A stretch of 64,000 nucleotides of DNA, taken from NCBI GenBank assembly GCA_946965045.2, contig OX337241.1, positions 1,240,001 through 1,304,000 of the forward strand, read 5' to 3'. The notes beneath the pieces are model-generated. The model saw nothing but the letters and a program-made list of their open reading frames with translations, was not told the origin of the DNA and made no database searches. A program made the position numbers and the translations under genes. This document shows, piece after piece, positions 47,367-57,067 of this stretch. Within the stretch, counting starts at the first letter, position 1. Every line of letters begins with the position of its first letter. The DNA comes from Epithemia pelagica. Its lineage: Eukaryota > Protista > Bacillariophyta.

Positions 47367-50300
47367 CTCCCCACAACTCGTCGTTTCAGCCTTGTCATCA
47401 TTGGATTTGTTGAGGTCTTGAACTTCTCCTTTCCAAAACAACAATGGCTTGAGCATGGGCCAGATAGATACGAAATCCCAATGTTTGCTAAGGATATCGG
47501 CGGGGTTGGTCTTTCCATCTTTCCAGTAGAATGCAACATACTTTGCTGCGATGGCTTCACGAACTCGGTGGTATGACAGAAGATGGTGTCTCTTGGATAG
47601 TATGGAATGAGGAACGGTTGCATTGAGCACAACAGATCTGTTATCTCCGTACATGTAACTTCGCTCTCGGATAGGTACTCCAAGGTAGCGGAGAGAATGT
47701 CGTAATTCTGTAATCTGATCTATTGCTGTCCTTGCAGCCACGAACTCGGATCCATAGGTAGCAGTTTCCACTGTGCTCTGTCTCTTGCTGTACCAGTCAA
47801 TAGGTGTTCCGTTCAACAAATGTAGAACAGCAGTGACGGATTTACCAGTGACTATGTCATGCATGAGATTGGCATCAACATAATGAGTTGTAGTAACATA
47901 GCGGCCAAGAGGTGTTGGGCAGTCTTCAGGAATACGTTCACTTGCATTCGAATAGACAGTGCGAGTCCAATCAAATTCTTGGGTAGGAAGACTTGAATAA
48001 TCAGGCTCTCCAATCCTAAATCTGATTGCGCCTTCTGGGAGATGTGCAAGGTATCCATAGATACGCTTGGCTCTATCAAGATGTCCTTTCCTCGGAGCAG
48101 CACGAAAGCGTGATAGCGTCATTGTAGCGGTGAAGACGTCGAAACGACCAATAGTGATCACCCATTGAAGTTGTCCAATCAGAGTTTGGAAATGGTTAGT
48201 ACCTTCTTCATCAAGGAGCTCAGAATCGTCCAATTCAGGATGGTCTCCACCAATAAGAGGTGTTTTGGCTTTCTTGGGTTTCTCCTTGAAGATTCGTTCG
48301 AAAGTGTCCATCATCTTACCAATGTAGCGTCTTGGATCTGCTACTAATGTTCCATCAGAATCCTTGGTGTAACAACATCCCAAGTGGAAATCAATAGGTC
48401 CATCTCCTTTGAGTTTGAAGTTGTATTTCTCCTTCAGGATCTTGCAGATATTCCCAGGATCAGTAGAAATAATGGCTAAGTCATCAACGTATACGGCAAT
48501 GTATTCGTAACAGTCTTCTCCAGGTGCCTTCCTCATCCAGATATCCGGATCTGCTTTGCTTGGTGAAAATCCCATGTCTGTCAAAACATCGAATAAGACA
48601 TCATGCCAGCGTGCGCCTGATGACTTCAATCCATAAAGTGCCTTGTATATAATCAGGATGTGACCTTCTAATTCCTTGAATTCAGGTCCTGCGACAATGA
48701 AAAGTTTCTCCCCTGTCAAGGCTTCCAGATATGCGTTTCCAATATCTGCTCCCCATATTTCCAAGTCATTCAAAGTACCCAGGAATAAGGCAATGCGGAG
48801 GTTGCGAATGGAAACAACACCTGAATAGATTGTCTCAACAGGTTCTTTTGTGAGATGTCCATCTGCGACAAGTCTTGCTTTATGTCGTCCATCATGTTTT
48901 ACGTCAAAGACAAGATGTACACGTATCTTATGATATCCTTCAGGTGCATTGGATACTTTCCCTTTAATGAAGATGGCTTTCCCAAAATCCTTGAATGTCT
49001 TGTAGGACTGGATCTGTGACAATTCTAATTCTGTTGCATCTTGCCACTTTGTGTTGCCATGTTGTTTATCAAGAGTGACAGCTTCCTCATAATTGCGTGG
49101 TACTTGGAATCCAAACTTATACTTGACGGAATGGTGAACTTGTTTAATCCTTGACTGTTTGGCTGCTCGAATGAGACGTTTGCTTGTTTTGACATAACGT
49201 TTCAAATGCTTCCATCCAGGTTCGTTGAGTAAATCATGTTTCTTTCCATAAATTGCTACAGTGATCGGATCATCATTGGCGATGAGTGATAAAGGTTCAT
49301 AGGTAGTCTCCCCAGTTTCCCAATCAACAAGCAAATTATATTTGCTCCCCTTGTAATCTGGATCAGTTGTGTTCAGTGGGCCTTGATGGGCAATGACGTC
49401 CCTGAACCTGAAAAGATTATCTCCAGAGGTTTGAGCTTGGTTATCTCGTTCGATATACTCCATGAGTTGATTATAGGATATCATCTCATCAACATCAGAA
49501 TTTGTCTTTCGGTAGATATACTTGACACGTTCTTCCTGTTTCGTTGCTTCTTCATTAAGATCAATGACTCGTTTGATGACACGTGCACGGTGTCGCTCCC
49601 CATTTTCTTCTGTGTCGCATAGGAATGTGCGTCCTATCATGTCGTCAAAATCGATCGTGGGCATTGGTTTGGATGGATCTTCACTATCACTGCGAATGAA
49701 GACAGTGTCAGCTTGCGTATCATTGTCATCCTTGTCAGACGAATCCTCCCCTGAAGGTCGATCCACACGTAGGTTAGGTGTAGTGGATTCAACACGGCGA
49801 ACGGCAGAACGGTAGATGATCTGGTTATCCTGGGTGAGAATCTTCCAAGTAAAAGAATCACCAACGTTGTGAGCAAAACCAACCCAGTGGCCAAGTTTCT
49901 CATCAGAAGAAGATGGATATGAACCGGAATTGGGTTCAGCGGGATCGACACGATAGTAAACCTCATCCCAGAAAGGAAAGAACAAGAGATGAGTAATGTC
50001 GGGTGGGCGTCCGGAGAGAGCCTCAAGAGGAGTGCGACCGGAGTGGGTGGGTGATGACGTATGGTTCAATAAGTCACAGACATACTCAAGGCAAAGAAGC
50101 CAGGTGTTGGCAGGGCAACCAGTGGCATTCATGAGAGCGTTGGTCATACGTTTAACGGTCTGGTAACGGTTTTCAGCCTTATTCTGGTGTTGATGATAAG
50201 GTTCGGATCGATACTCCCCAATAAGCAAAGTGCGAAGAATGTCTTTAACCTTTTGAGAGATGAGAGATGAACCACCATCACTGATAAGAGTCTCCATGGC

Positions 50301-53048
50301 ACCACGAAACCGGATATTGTCCTGAAGAGTATTGACAAACTGTTTGGTTGACTTGATCCCATAGATATCAGTAACCAGAGTATCTCGACCAACAAAGATT
50401 TGTGCGACTTTACCGCCATGGTCAACAGCAGGGGTGTCGGAGAAAACCGAGTCAGTAGCAACGGGTTCATGGCGTCGAGGTATATTAAGGACCGGATTGC
50501 GAGCCTTGAAATGTTTCTTGAGGGTGTCGTGGTCAAAAGTAATGCTACCATTACGTGTAGTGTGCTTGAACGTATCGGCAATAACATCTTCAGATTGCCA
50601 ACCAAAGAATGGACGGAACTTCTTCCAGTCATACGCTTCCTGGTAACGACGGTGGACAGAGGCATGAAGTGTAGGATCATTACCTTCTGCGTCAGCATAG
50701 ATAGAAAAGAAGGGTGCGTCGTCAGGTCCATGATCGTATGGGAGATCCAAAAGGAGATTGAGGTTACAAACAACACGATCAGTGTACTCCCCATAGTTGT
50801 CATATGGATGGTTCGACATACTACCATCAGTCTTGACGTGTTTCCAATCAGGATCATTGTCAGAGGGTGTGGGAGAATACGAATGGTCCAGAACACCAGG
50901 ATCCCATGTGTCGGGTGACGTGAAGATGATCTGAGGTAAGGTATCCATGTCATCGTCGCTGGGGATACCCAAGGAGTGGATGTAGGCTAACCCATCCTTG
51001 ATGTGAAGGGGTATGGCACGACCATCAAGTGTAGTGATGCGTTGTTTACCATCAACTTTAACAGATCGTTCATCAACAGCAAGTCCGAAATGCTCGAATT
51101 GACCAGGAGCATGGATAGATAAGCCCTTCCCATAATAAGCATATTCATTGAAGATGCCGACAATAGGTCCATCATTGGTCTCAAACTTTGCGGCACATGT
51201 GACGACAGGAAGTCCAGTAAGTTCATGGTTATCAATACCCACAATAGTGATATGGCGGCCAGTCTTAGAAAGGATGCGCATGTCAGAACCAGCAAGTCCT
51301 CCATTAGCACCACGGTCAATCAATTGATTCCCTGGTAAAGTAGATTTCCTGGAAAACAGATAGCGTGGAACATGTCCTGCTTGTTTATGCATGTTGGCTT
51401 TGAAAGTAACCTTCTTGCTCGTCTTGGACTTGGCGTTAGAAAGAACACTAGTCAGGTCAGTTGCCGGGTGATTGATATCAGTCGTCATGGCTTGGTTGAT
51501 AAATTGTGTAACCGGATCTGAATCATCTGAATGCTCAGTGACTACGCCAGGTGAGTCGTCATCAGATACAACTTGGTTGGGATCAGGATCAGGTTCCGGA
51601 TCAATGTCGAGGGCATGTGTTTGCACTGTCCTCGGTGTTGTTGATGAAGGTGTTTGAATCATCTTGTTATATTCAATGATCAACTTGCGATCTTCTTCAG
51701 AAAGTTTGAACCATAGGTCACGCGGTAGACTAACCTTGGACAAAGAGGATGGAGATTCAGATGTCGCTGTGGTGTTGTGGACATGATACTCCATATCATC
51801 TTGTGAGGTTATGTCAGCATCTGTATCTTGGCCATATAGTGATTCATGTTGTTTAACATGTCGACGGCGACTATGAACAGATGACTGGGTTGCTTGATCA
51901 TGGTCATAAGCTGCGTCTAGAAGGAGACGGAAGTATGATTGATAGCAAAGGGATTTTGCACCGGATTTGGTGTTCACCACATTATCCAAGATCTTGACTC
52001 GGCGGAGATCAGGTACCTTTTCTACAGCTTGCATGAGGAAGGTCATCCTGGTATGATCAGGGATGCGATCAGACAATGTCACTAAATTGTCTAGCAAACG
52101 TAGCTGCTCTTGAAAGTGTAGAAGAAATTGACGTGTTGTTCCGCGCCATGTGTCGTCAAGACGTAGATTGGAAATGTAGTTGGTTAAGCGGAGGACTTCT
52201 CGCTTTGCTAGGTCGGATTCGGTATGCAAAGAGTGTAACTTCTGCAATACGGCACGCGCATCTTCATCATGTTCATGTTCACGTACATAGGCTCGACCTT
52301 GGTCAGTCTGAATGATACGGACAAGAACGGAGTAAAGAAATACTTGTTGCTCTTGAAAAAGTTCTTCGGCATACTCATCATCATGGGGTGGTGTGTATTT
52401 GAAATTCAGAACGTTGGATAGGCCTTGAGCCTTAGCTGTAGTCTTGAATACACGCCAGAATGAATCGTAGTATCGTTCATCCTTGAATACCTCATATGCA
52501 GTTGCGTCGCGCTTAGTTCCCTTTCTGAATGCTGTAAGGTCTTGTTGAGATTGGGATGCGGCAGTAACTGTGCTGACAGATTTCACAGATGACGGTGACT
52601 TCATTGGCGAGACTGGGACTTGGCTAGGTGGTCCCTTAGAGAAATCTGTGTTGATCCTCCAAGTGTTGAACTCTTTCCTCGTTAGGTTCATCCAGTCGCT
52701 ATTGGATAGCTCGTCTTGAATTTCATTGGTCTTGTATGTGGCCCAATAAGCCAAGAGCTTGATCTGCTGTCTTGTGGGGCCTTGTAGATCATGTGTCTGT
52801 TTGTTGACCTTGTATTGTGTCAGTTCCTTCATGGATTCCTCGGTATTAGTTTGCATATACGAGATAACATGGGTAATGTTCTCAAAACCATGGTATTTCA
52901 TCCACTTCATTAAGTAGTCAGCCCTTTCTTTGGTAAAAAATTGGCAGACAGTAAATATGATGTGGTCGAATAGGTCTGTGTCCGAGACATTGTCTTGGTT
53001 ATCTTCTCCCTTAGGAGTCGTAGGTGTCTTGGGTGATTGAGGATCCAT
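47361..53048 (-). CDS. Copia-2 gag-pol polyprotein (1895 aa)
   Basis: PR LIDRGANGG; INT VATDSVF/LISDGG/HQNKAENRYQTVK; RT ADIGNAYL, KALYGLKSSG, AVYVDDL; RNase H YVDAN, TYGSEF, YGDNRS, NPADILSK. Confidence 0.97.
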   Translation of the reverse strand: MDPQSPKTPTTPKGEDNQDNVSDTDLFDHIIFTVCQFFTKERADYLMKWMKYHGFENITHVISYMQTNTEESMKELTQYKVNKQTHDLQGPTRQQIKLLAYWATYKTNEIQDELSNSDWMNLTRKEFNTWRINTDFSKGPPSQVPVSPMKSPSSVKSVSTVTAASQSQQDLTAFRKGTKRDATAYEVFKDERYYDSFWRVFKTTAKAQGLSNVLNFKYTPPHDDEYAEELFQEQQVFLYSVLVRIIQTDQGRAYVREHEHDEDARAVLQKLHSLHTESDLAKREVLRLTNYISNLRLDDTWRGTTRQFLLHFQEQLRLLDNLVTLSDRIPDHTRMTFLMQAVEKVPDLRRVKILDNVVNTKSGAKSLCYQSYFRLLLDAAYDHDQATQSSVHSRRRHVKQHESLYGQDTDADITSQDDMEYHVHNTTATSESPSSLSKVSLPRDLWFKLSEEDRKLIIEYNKMIQTPSSTTPRTVQTHALDIDPEPDPDPNQVVSDDDSPGVVTEHSDDSDPVTQFINQAMTTDINHPATDLTSVLSNAKSKTSKKVTFKANMHKQAGHVPRYLFSRKSTLPGNQLIDRGANGGLAGSDMRILSKTGRHITIVGIDNHELTGLPVVTCAAKFETNDGPIVGIFNEYAYYGKGLSIHAPGQFEHFGLAVDERSVKVDGKQRITTLDGRAIPLHIKDGLAYIHSLGIPSDDDMDTLPQIIFTSPDTWDPGVLDHSYSPTPSDNDPDWKHVKTDGSMSNHPYDNYGEYTDRVVCNLNLLLDLPYDHGPDDAPFFSIYADAEGNDPTLHASVHRRYQEAYDWKKFRPFFGWQSEDVIADTFKHTTRNGSITFDHDTLKKHFKARNPVLNIPRRHEPVATDSVFSDTPAVDHGGKVAQIFVGRDTLVTDIYGIKSTKQFVNTLQDNIRFRGAMETLISDGGSSLISQKVKDILRTLLIGEYRSEPYHQHQNKAENRYQTVKRMTNALMNATGCPANTWLLCLEYVCDLLNHTSSPTHSGRTPLEALSGRPPDITHLLFFPFWDEVYYRVDPAEPNSGSYPSSSDEKLGHWVGFAHNVGDSFTWKILTQDNQIIYRSAVRRVESTTPNLRVDRPSGEDSSDKDDNDTQADTVFIRSDSEDPSKPMPTIDFDDMIGRTFLCDTEENGERHRARVIKRVIDLNEEATKQEERVKYIYRKTNSDVDEMISYNQLMEYIERDNQAQTSGDNLFRFRDVIAHQGPLNTTDPDYKGSKYNLLVDWETGETTYEPLSLIANDDPITVAIYGKKHDLLNEPGWKHLKRYVKTSKRLIRAAKQSRIKQVHHSVKYKFGFQVPRNYEEAVTLDKQHGNTKWQDATELELSQIQSYKTFKDFGKAIFIKGKVSNAPEGYHKIRVHLVFDVKHDGRHKARLVADGHLTKEPVETIYSGVVSIRNLRIALFLGTLNDLEIWGADIGNAYLEALTGEKLFIVAGPEFKELEGHILIIYKALYGLKSSGARWHDVLFDVLTDMGFSPSKADPDIWMRKAPGEDCYEYIAVYVDDLAIISTDPGNICKILKEKYNFKLKGDGPIDFHLGCCYTKDSDGTLVADPRRYIGKMMDTFERIFKEKPKKAKTPLIGGDHPELDDSELLDEEGTNHFQTLIGQLQWVITIGRFDVFTATMTLSRFRAAPRKGHLDRAKRIYGYLAHLPEGAIRFRIGEPDYSSLPTQEFDWTRTVYSNASERIPEDCPTPLGRYVTTTHYVDANLMHDIVTGKSVTAVLHLLNGTPIDWYSKRQSTVETATYGSEFVAARTAIDQITELRHSLRYLGVPIRERSYMYGDNRSVVLNATVPHSILSKRHHLLSYHRVREAIAAKYVAFYWKDGKTNPADILSKHWDFVSIWPMLKPLLFWKGEVQDLNKSNDDKAETTSCGEC

Positions 53049-53368
53049 GGTGTTATTTGGTTGGTTCGATGTTTATTTAATGTGCGGTGTGATGTGGTTT
53101 ATTTAATGTGTGATGTGATGTGAACCCGGATGTACCACGTGTGCCACGTATGTACCACGTATGTAATACCCGGATGTGTGTTGTGATGTGCGACTCCTGG
53201 AAATTTCCGTTGATTTCGACAAATTTTCGCCGAGTTTCAACAAATTTTCGCCGAATTTTCGCGATTTGACGGGAATGTGTGGCGTGTTGTGCGACCAAGG
53301 GTACCCGGATGTGCGTTGAGTTTAAGTCTTGGAAAGGTTTTGAGAGGACGGGAGTTAACTATGAGTAA
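53049..53368 (-). repeat. Repeat-rich spacer between the extra ORF and gag-pol
   Basis: Plus-strand TTTATTTAATGTG x2, CCACGT x3, ACCCGGATGT x3, ACAAATTTTCGCCGA x2. Confidence 0.8.
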
Positions 53369-54148
53369 TTAAGCTTCGGTCTCTGAATCCTCACCCTCTT
53401 CCGAATGATCAGAGTCGCTTCCAGGCTCAGATGGGGCAGCACAAGCAACAGAAGAAGGGGTATCACCTTCAGCCAGGTGGTTCTCGACCTCGGTACGCAA
53501 AGGGTAGATAGTTGCACGATGGTCCTCGATGGTATGGACCTCGTGGATGTAGGCAACGTAGTTATCTAGGCGTACAACGTTAGGAGGCAGAGGGCAAGTC
53601 GTCGCGTTCACGACGTGGATGGTATTGTAGTATCCAGTTGGGCGCTCGAAGGTTAGGAAGCGGAGGTGGACAGTACGGATGGGGTTGCCCGAGAGGGCGG
53701 CAAAGATGAGGCGACGCCTCGGAGAACGATGAAGTTGGTCGTTCAGACGGTCAATGTCTTCTTGGTCGACGATGTGGGTCACCGATTGGAACTGGCGTTC
53801 GATCTGGGTCTCCCCACGGATGATCTCGGGATCGAAGGTCGAACAAGTTGGTTGGCGGAAGTACTTGATATGATCAGCAATCAACCGGGTGGTACGACGG
53901 GATCGAGAAGGGACGAGCCGACGAGGCGGACTCGGGGGCCGAAGCAACGGCGCAGGGATTGGAGCGTGAGGCTGGGTTGGAGTCTCGAATGGGTTGCTGT
54001 TGGAACTGTCGACGGAGATGTTGACCGATGTGTTGGCTGCCTTCGGCGTCGGCACCAGTTCCTGCTGCACCAGGGTATCGGGCTGCCCGGGATGCAGGTT
54101 GGCTCGATAGATCTGTCGTACAGGAGTGATAATCTCGTTAGTATCCAT
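53369..54148 (-). CDS. Copia-2 extra ORF (259 aa), unknown function
   Basis: Intact ATG-TAA ORF starting 36 nt after the 5' LTR, same sense as gag-pol; Pro-rich N-terminus, acidic C-terminus, no TM helix. Confidence 0.7.
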   Translation of the reverse strand: MDTNEIITPVRQIYRANLHPGQPDTLVQQELVPTPKAANTSVNISVDSSNSNPFETPTQPHAPIPAPLLRPPSPPRRLVPSRSRRTTRLIADHIKYFRQPTCSTFDPEIIRGETQIERQFQSVTHIVDQEDIDRLNDQLHRSPRRRLIFAALSGNPIRTVHLRFLTFERPTGYYNTIHVVNATTCPLPPNVVRLDNYVAYIHEVHTIEDHRATIYPLRTEVENHLAEGDTPSSVACAAPSEPGSDSDHSEEGEDSETEA

Positions 54149-54170
54149 GAAACCACAAGGAAATAAGCTT

Positions 54171-54184
54171 TGAGACTGTTAATC
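54171..54184 (-). promoter_or_regulatory. Putative primer-binding site complementary to a tRNA-Asn(GUU) anticodon arm
   Basis: GATTAACAGTCTCA directly follows the LTR CA; its complement is TGAGA-CTGTTAA-TC, i.e. stem, canonical loop with GTT anticodon, and two correctly pairing stem bases. Confidence 0.7.
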
Positions 54185-54967
54185 TGTTACAATTCTTTCT
54201 GAATCGTAGGGGCATTGATGCTCGGTAGAGCAGACAATCAGGTAGGTCACCAACCGATACAAGCTTCTCAGGGTCAGAGAAGCAAGCAAGTCGAAGTCTA
54301 TCAGAAGGATAGTCGGGACACAAAAGAGGATGTGATAAATGGTGATATTGTTAGATTGTGTGTTGATTACTACGATAGGTCTACGTGAAATGTTCGGTCC
54401 TGCCAAGGGTCATGTATCATAGGTTCTTGGCGGCAACAGGTTTGGAATAGTTGGAGTTGATTCATGTGATGTATATGACATGTATATGTGGGCGGATAAC
54501 ATATACAGGGTCAACAGCTCTTGCTTTGGGTTGGCATAGTTGTTTTCATGGCGCGCAGCTTGTTGACAATTTGGAGATTGTGGGAATGGAAATATGGTCT
54601 CGCGTGATCGTGTGTCGTGCTTGGGATACTTAGACCGTTGGATCGGATAGATGCCGATAGCGCTCGGATGTCGCTTGGGCGCGCTCGATGATTTCGGGCG
54701 CGTACGCTTAGGGCGTTAGTACAGTGTCCGAGCAACGGCCAAATTTACGTCCGTTGTAATACCGCACGACCCAATTTAGTCTTGAGAGTGAGTTCGTCAA
54801 TCTATTCTCACTTTTCATGATTTGCGAAGAAATATAGGTCGATATAGCGCGAAGCTAGGAAACATAGCTCGAAGCTAGAGGGCATGATGCGATAGCACGA
54901 GGCTATGTGACATGGGGAATCGATGAGATGTAGAATTTAACCACCATAGACGGTGAGAATTCTAACA
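54185..54967 (-). repeat. 5' LTR of Copia-2
   Basis: Direct repeat of 46584-47366; only difference seen is GGGAC vs GGGGC near the U5 end. Confidence 0.96.
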
Positions 54968-54975
54968 TAGCCTAA

Positions 54976-55100
54976 GGTACGAAGTACTCCTAGTAGGAGT
55001 ACGATGTACTGTTGTAGGAGTAGTAAAATGATACTCCTAGGAGTAGGAGTAGCTCCTAGGAGTAGCTATGGTAGTGAATCTCGAACTACCCCCTCTAGAA
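54976..55100. repeat. TAGGAGTA/TACTCCTA palindromic low-complexity tract; the left part is at about 41440-41478
   Basis: For example TACTCCTAGGAGTA and GTACTCCT-AGT-AGGAGTAC; continuous with the left flank once element A is removed. Confidence 0.7.
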
Positions 55101-55254
55101 GTAGACCAATCGGATATAAGGAGATTCTCACTTCTCACCCTGTTTTATTCTCTATCCTTCCCTCCTTACCTGGTCTAGAACTAGAACTCTTCTGCTGTTT
55201 CTGTTTTGAAGCAGTGCGTGGCTTCGGCCTTCGGCACTAACACTAGCTAATCGA

Positions 55255-55308
55255 CGCAGATGAAGAAACATATCATCTAGGCGCAGATGAAGAAACATAT
55301 CATCTAGG
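55255..55308. repeat. Perfect 27-bp tandem duplication
   Basis: CGCAGATGAAGAAACATATCATCTAGG x2. Confidence 0.9.
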
Positions 55309-57067
55309 TAGTACGCACATATATTCAAGAAGCATCATCATTCATCATGCTTTCGTACGCCTCTCATAACTCATAACCGGGAATGAGATACTCATGACTG
55401 ATACTTTAATGGTGAATTTTTGGAACGGAGAAAAGGAGTAGAGATGATGAATTAGGACTTCATCACTTCTTCCGCCTCGATTAATTTATTTCCATCATTG
55501 CGGATGGTGGGTTGTCCGCATCTCGCAATTCGCAATGTCATGGCCGTCCAAAACAACACCAAACTCGTACCGAGACGATTGACGACCCAAATCCCAAGTC
55601 CCAAGTCCCAAGACGTGCGCACTAGCATAGTCCAACAACCTAGTGGTCGTACTCCGAACAATGCGGCGGATGAAACGAGAAAAATGGAAGGTTCAGAAGA
55701 CGCAGCTATGCAAAGCTAAAATTCTCTATTGGAAGCTGAGAAAGAAGGAAGGAACCTCACTTTTCGCCTTTCGGGATTCACCGGTCATCAAGGCGATAAA
55801 CCGCCGGAAGTTAATAGCCCATTCCCTCCGACTAGATGTCCGCTTCTTAGCCGTCCGCGACCAATCCTTTTCATTTTCGTTTTTTTTCGTTTATGAAGAA
55901 AATTTCTGGTCAAAATGAAAATGATCACGCCGGCCTTCTGGATCACCCTTTCGAAATCTTGTGAGCAGACGTGCGCGCTTTGACCGTTGGTCTTGGTTCG
56001 TCTTCACTTTCCCCTCTTCCATGTTCCAATTCTTCACACAATTTTTTCTCTTCGTCTTTTCTCCTCTTCTCTGTTTGTCATGGACAATGGACATGACCAT
56101 GCATTCTCCATCATGCATACCACTGACATTTTTTGACATGAATAGACCATAGATAGAGTTTGGCTGTGCCCCCATCCCTCCTTTTTCTAGTGTTGTTTTT
56201 TCTCGTGTAGTTCTCGGTTTAAAAGAACACCCTCATCCACAACACCTTGTCTATGCCGTAGGCTTGTCTCTTTGCGAGCAATTGACCTACAACTACACAC
56301 TAAACCCCTATTTTAGGATGACTCTCTTCCTGCTTTTGTTATGGAACATGCAGAGTCCCACATGCTGCTGAGAAACACCAGGCATGCTCCGGGCAATAAA
56401 AGCAGACCAAGAGGAGCAAGTCGACAACACAAGCAACTGAAGACTCAAACTGAGCAACAGATGAGAAATGGATGGTTTGCTCCACTAATCCTATCTCACT
56501 GAGCTCTAAAACTCTATGGAATACTAAAAGAATCCTACAATTGATTTTAGCTGCCGCCCATTGAATGGACCAAAAATGGTGTTATACGGCACAAACACAT
56601 GGCAATGTGGCAAAGAAGTGAGAACCTATCCCAAACCATTGTCCAATTCCAATGCAGTGATTAAGCTTTGTGGAACTTACCATGCTAACAAAGATGAGAT
56701 GCTCAGTGCTCAGCGACGAAGCATGAGGCCGTTTTGGTGTGTTGTTGGTAGTCGTTACCTCATTTTGTTGTGTGCGTCGATTTTATGACCCCTGACCGAA
56801 CAGGAATATTTTGAGTCTTGTTGAGCAGAGCGCCTGCCAACTTCCAACTGCCAAAACACGCCAGCCACTCCAGACGGAAGTCAGATTTTTTTCTGGCGGA
56901 GTTGGAGTTTTTGGTGAGCGGGACAGACCATTCAAGAGTTGACAGGCAGACCACTAAAAAGCGGACACCTAGTCGGTGCCTTCATTTGGGGGTATTTGTG
57001 TCTCCCCCTTTTCCCTTTCCTACTCCCAGTCCATAGACATAAAGGTGTGTGTCTCTGGATTCACTTA

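Larger units (their letters stand above)
46584..54967 (-). mobile_element. Intact, young Ty1/Copia LTR retrotransposon (Copia-2) with chromodomain-like module and extra 5' ORF
   Basis: 783-bp LTRs with one mismatch seen; TSD TAGCC at 46579-46583 and 54968-54972; uninterrupted 1895-aa gag-pol; polypurine tract GTGGGGAG abutting the 3' LTR. Confidence 0.97.
41482..54972. mobile_element. PIF/Harbinger-type non-autonomous TIR element (family A) containing nested insertions
   Basis: TIR GGCTATCTCCACCCG at 41482-41496 and CGGGTGGAGATAGCC at 46569-46583; TAA at 41479-41481 and at 54973-54975 once the Copia is removed; subterminal CCGCTA/TAGCGG repeats at both ends; no transposase seen. Confidence 0.85.

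Noticed and set aside
53070-53310. Interspersed short repeats resembling a CRISPR array
   Set aside because: Eukaryotic retroelement context, irregular spacing, several unrelated repeat units and no cas genes
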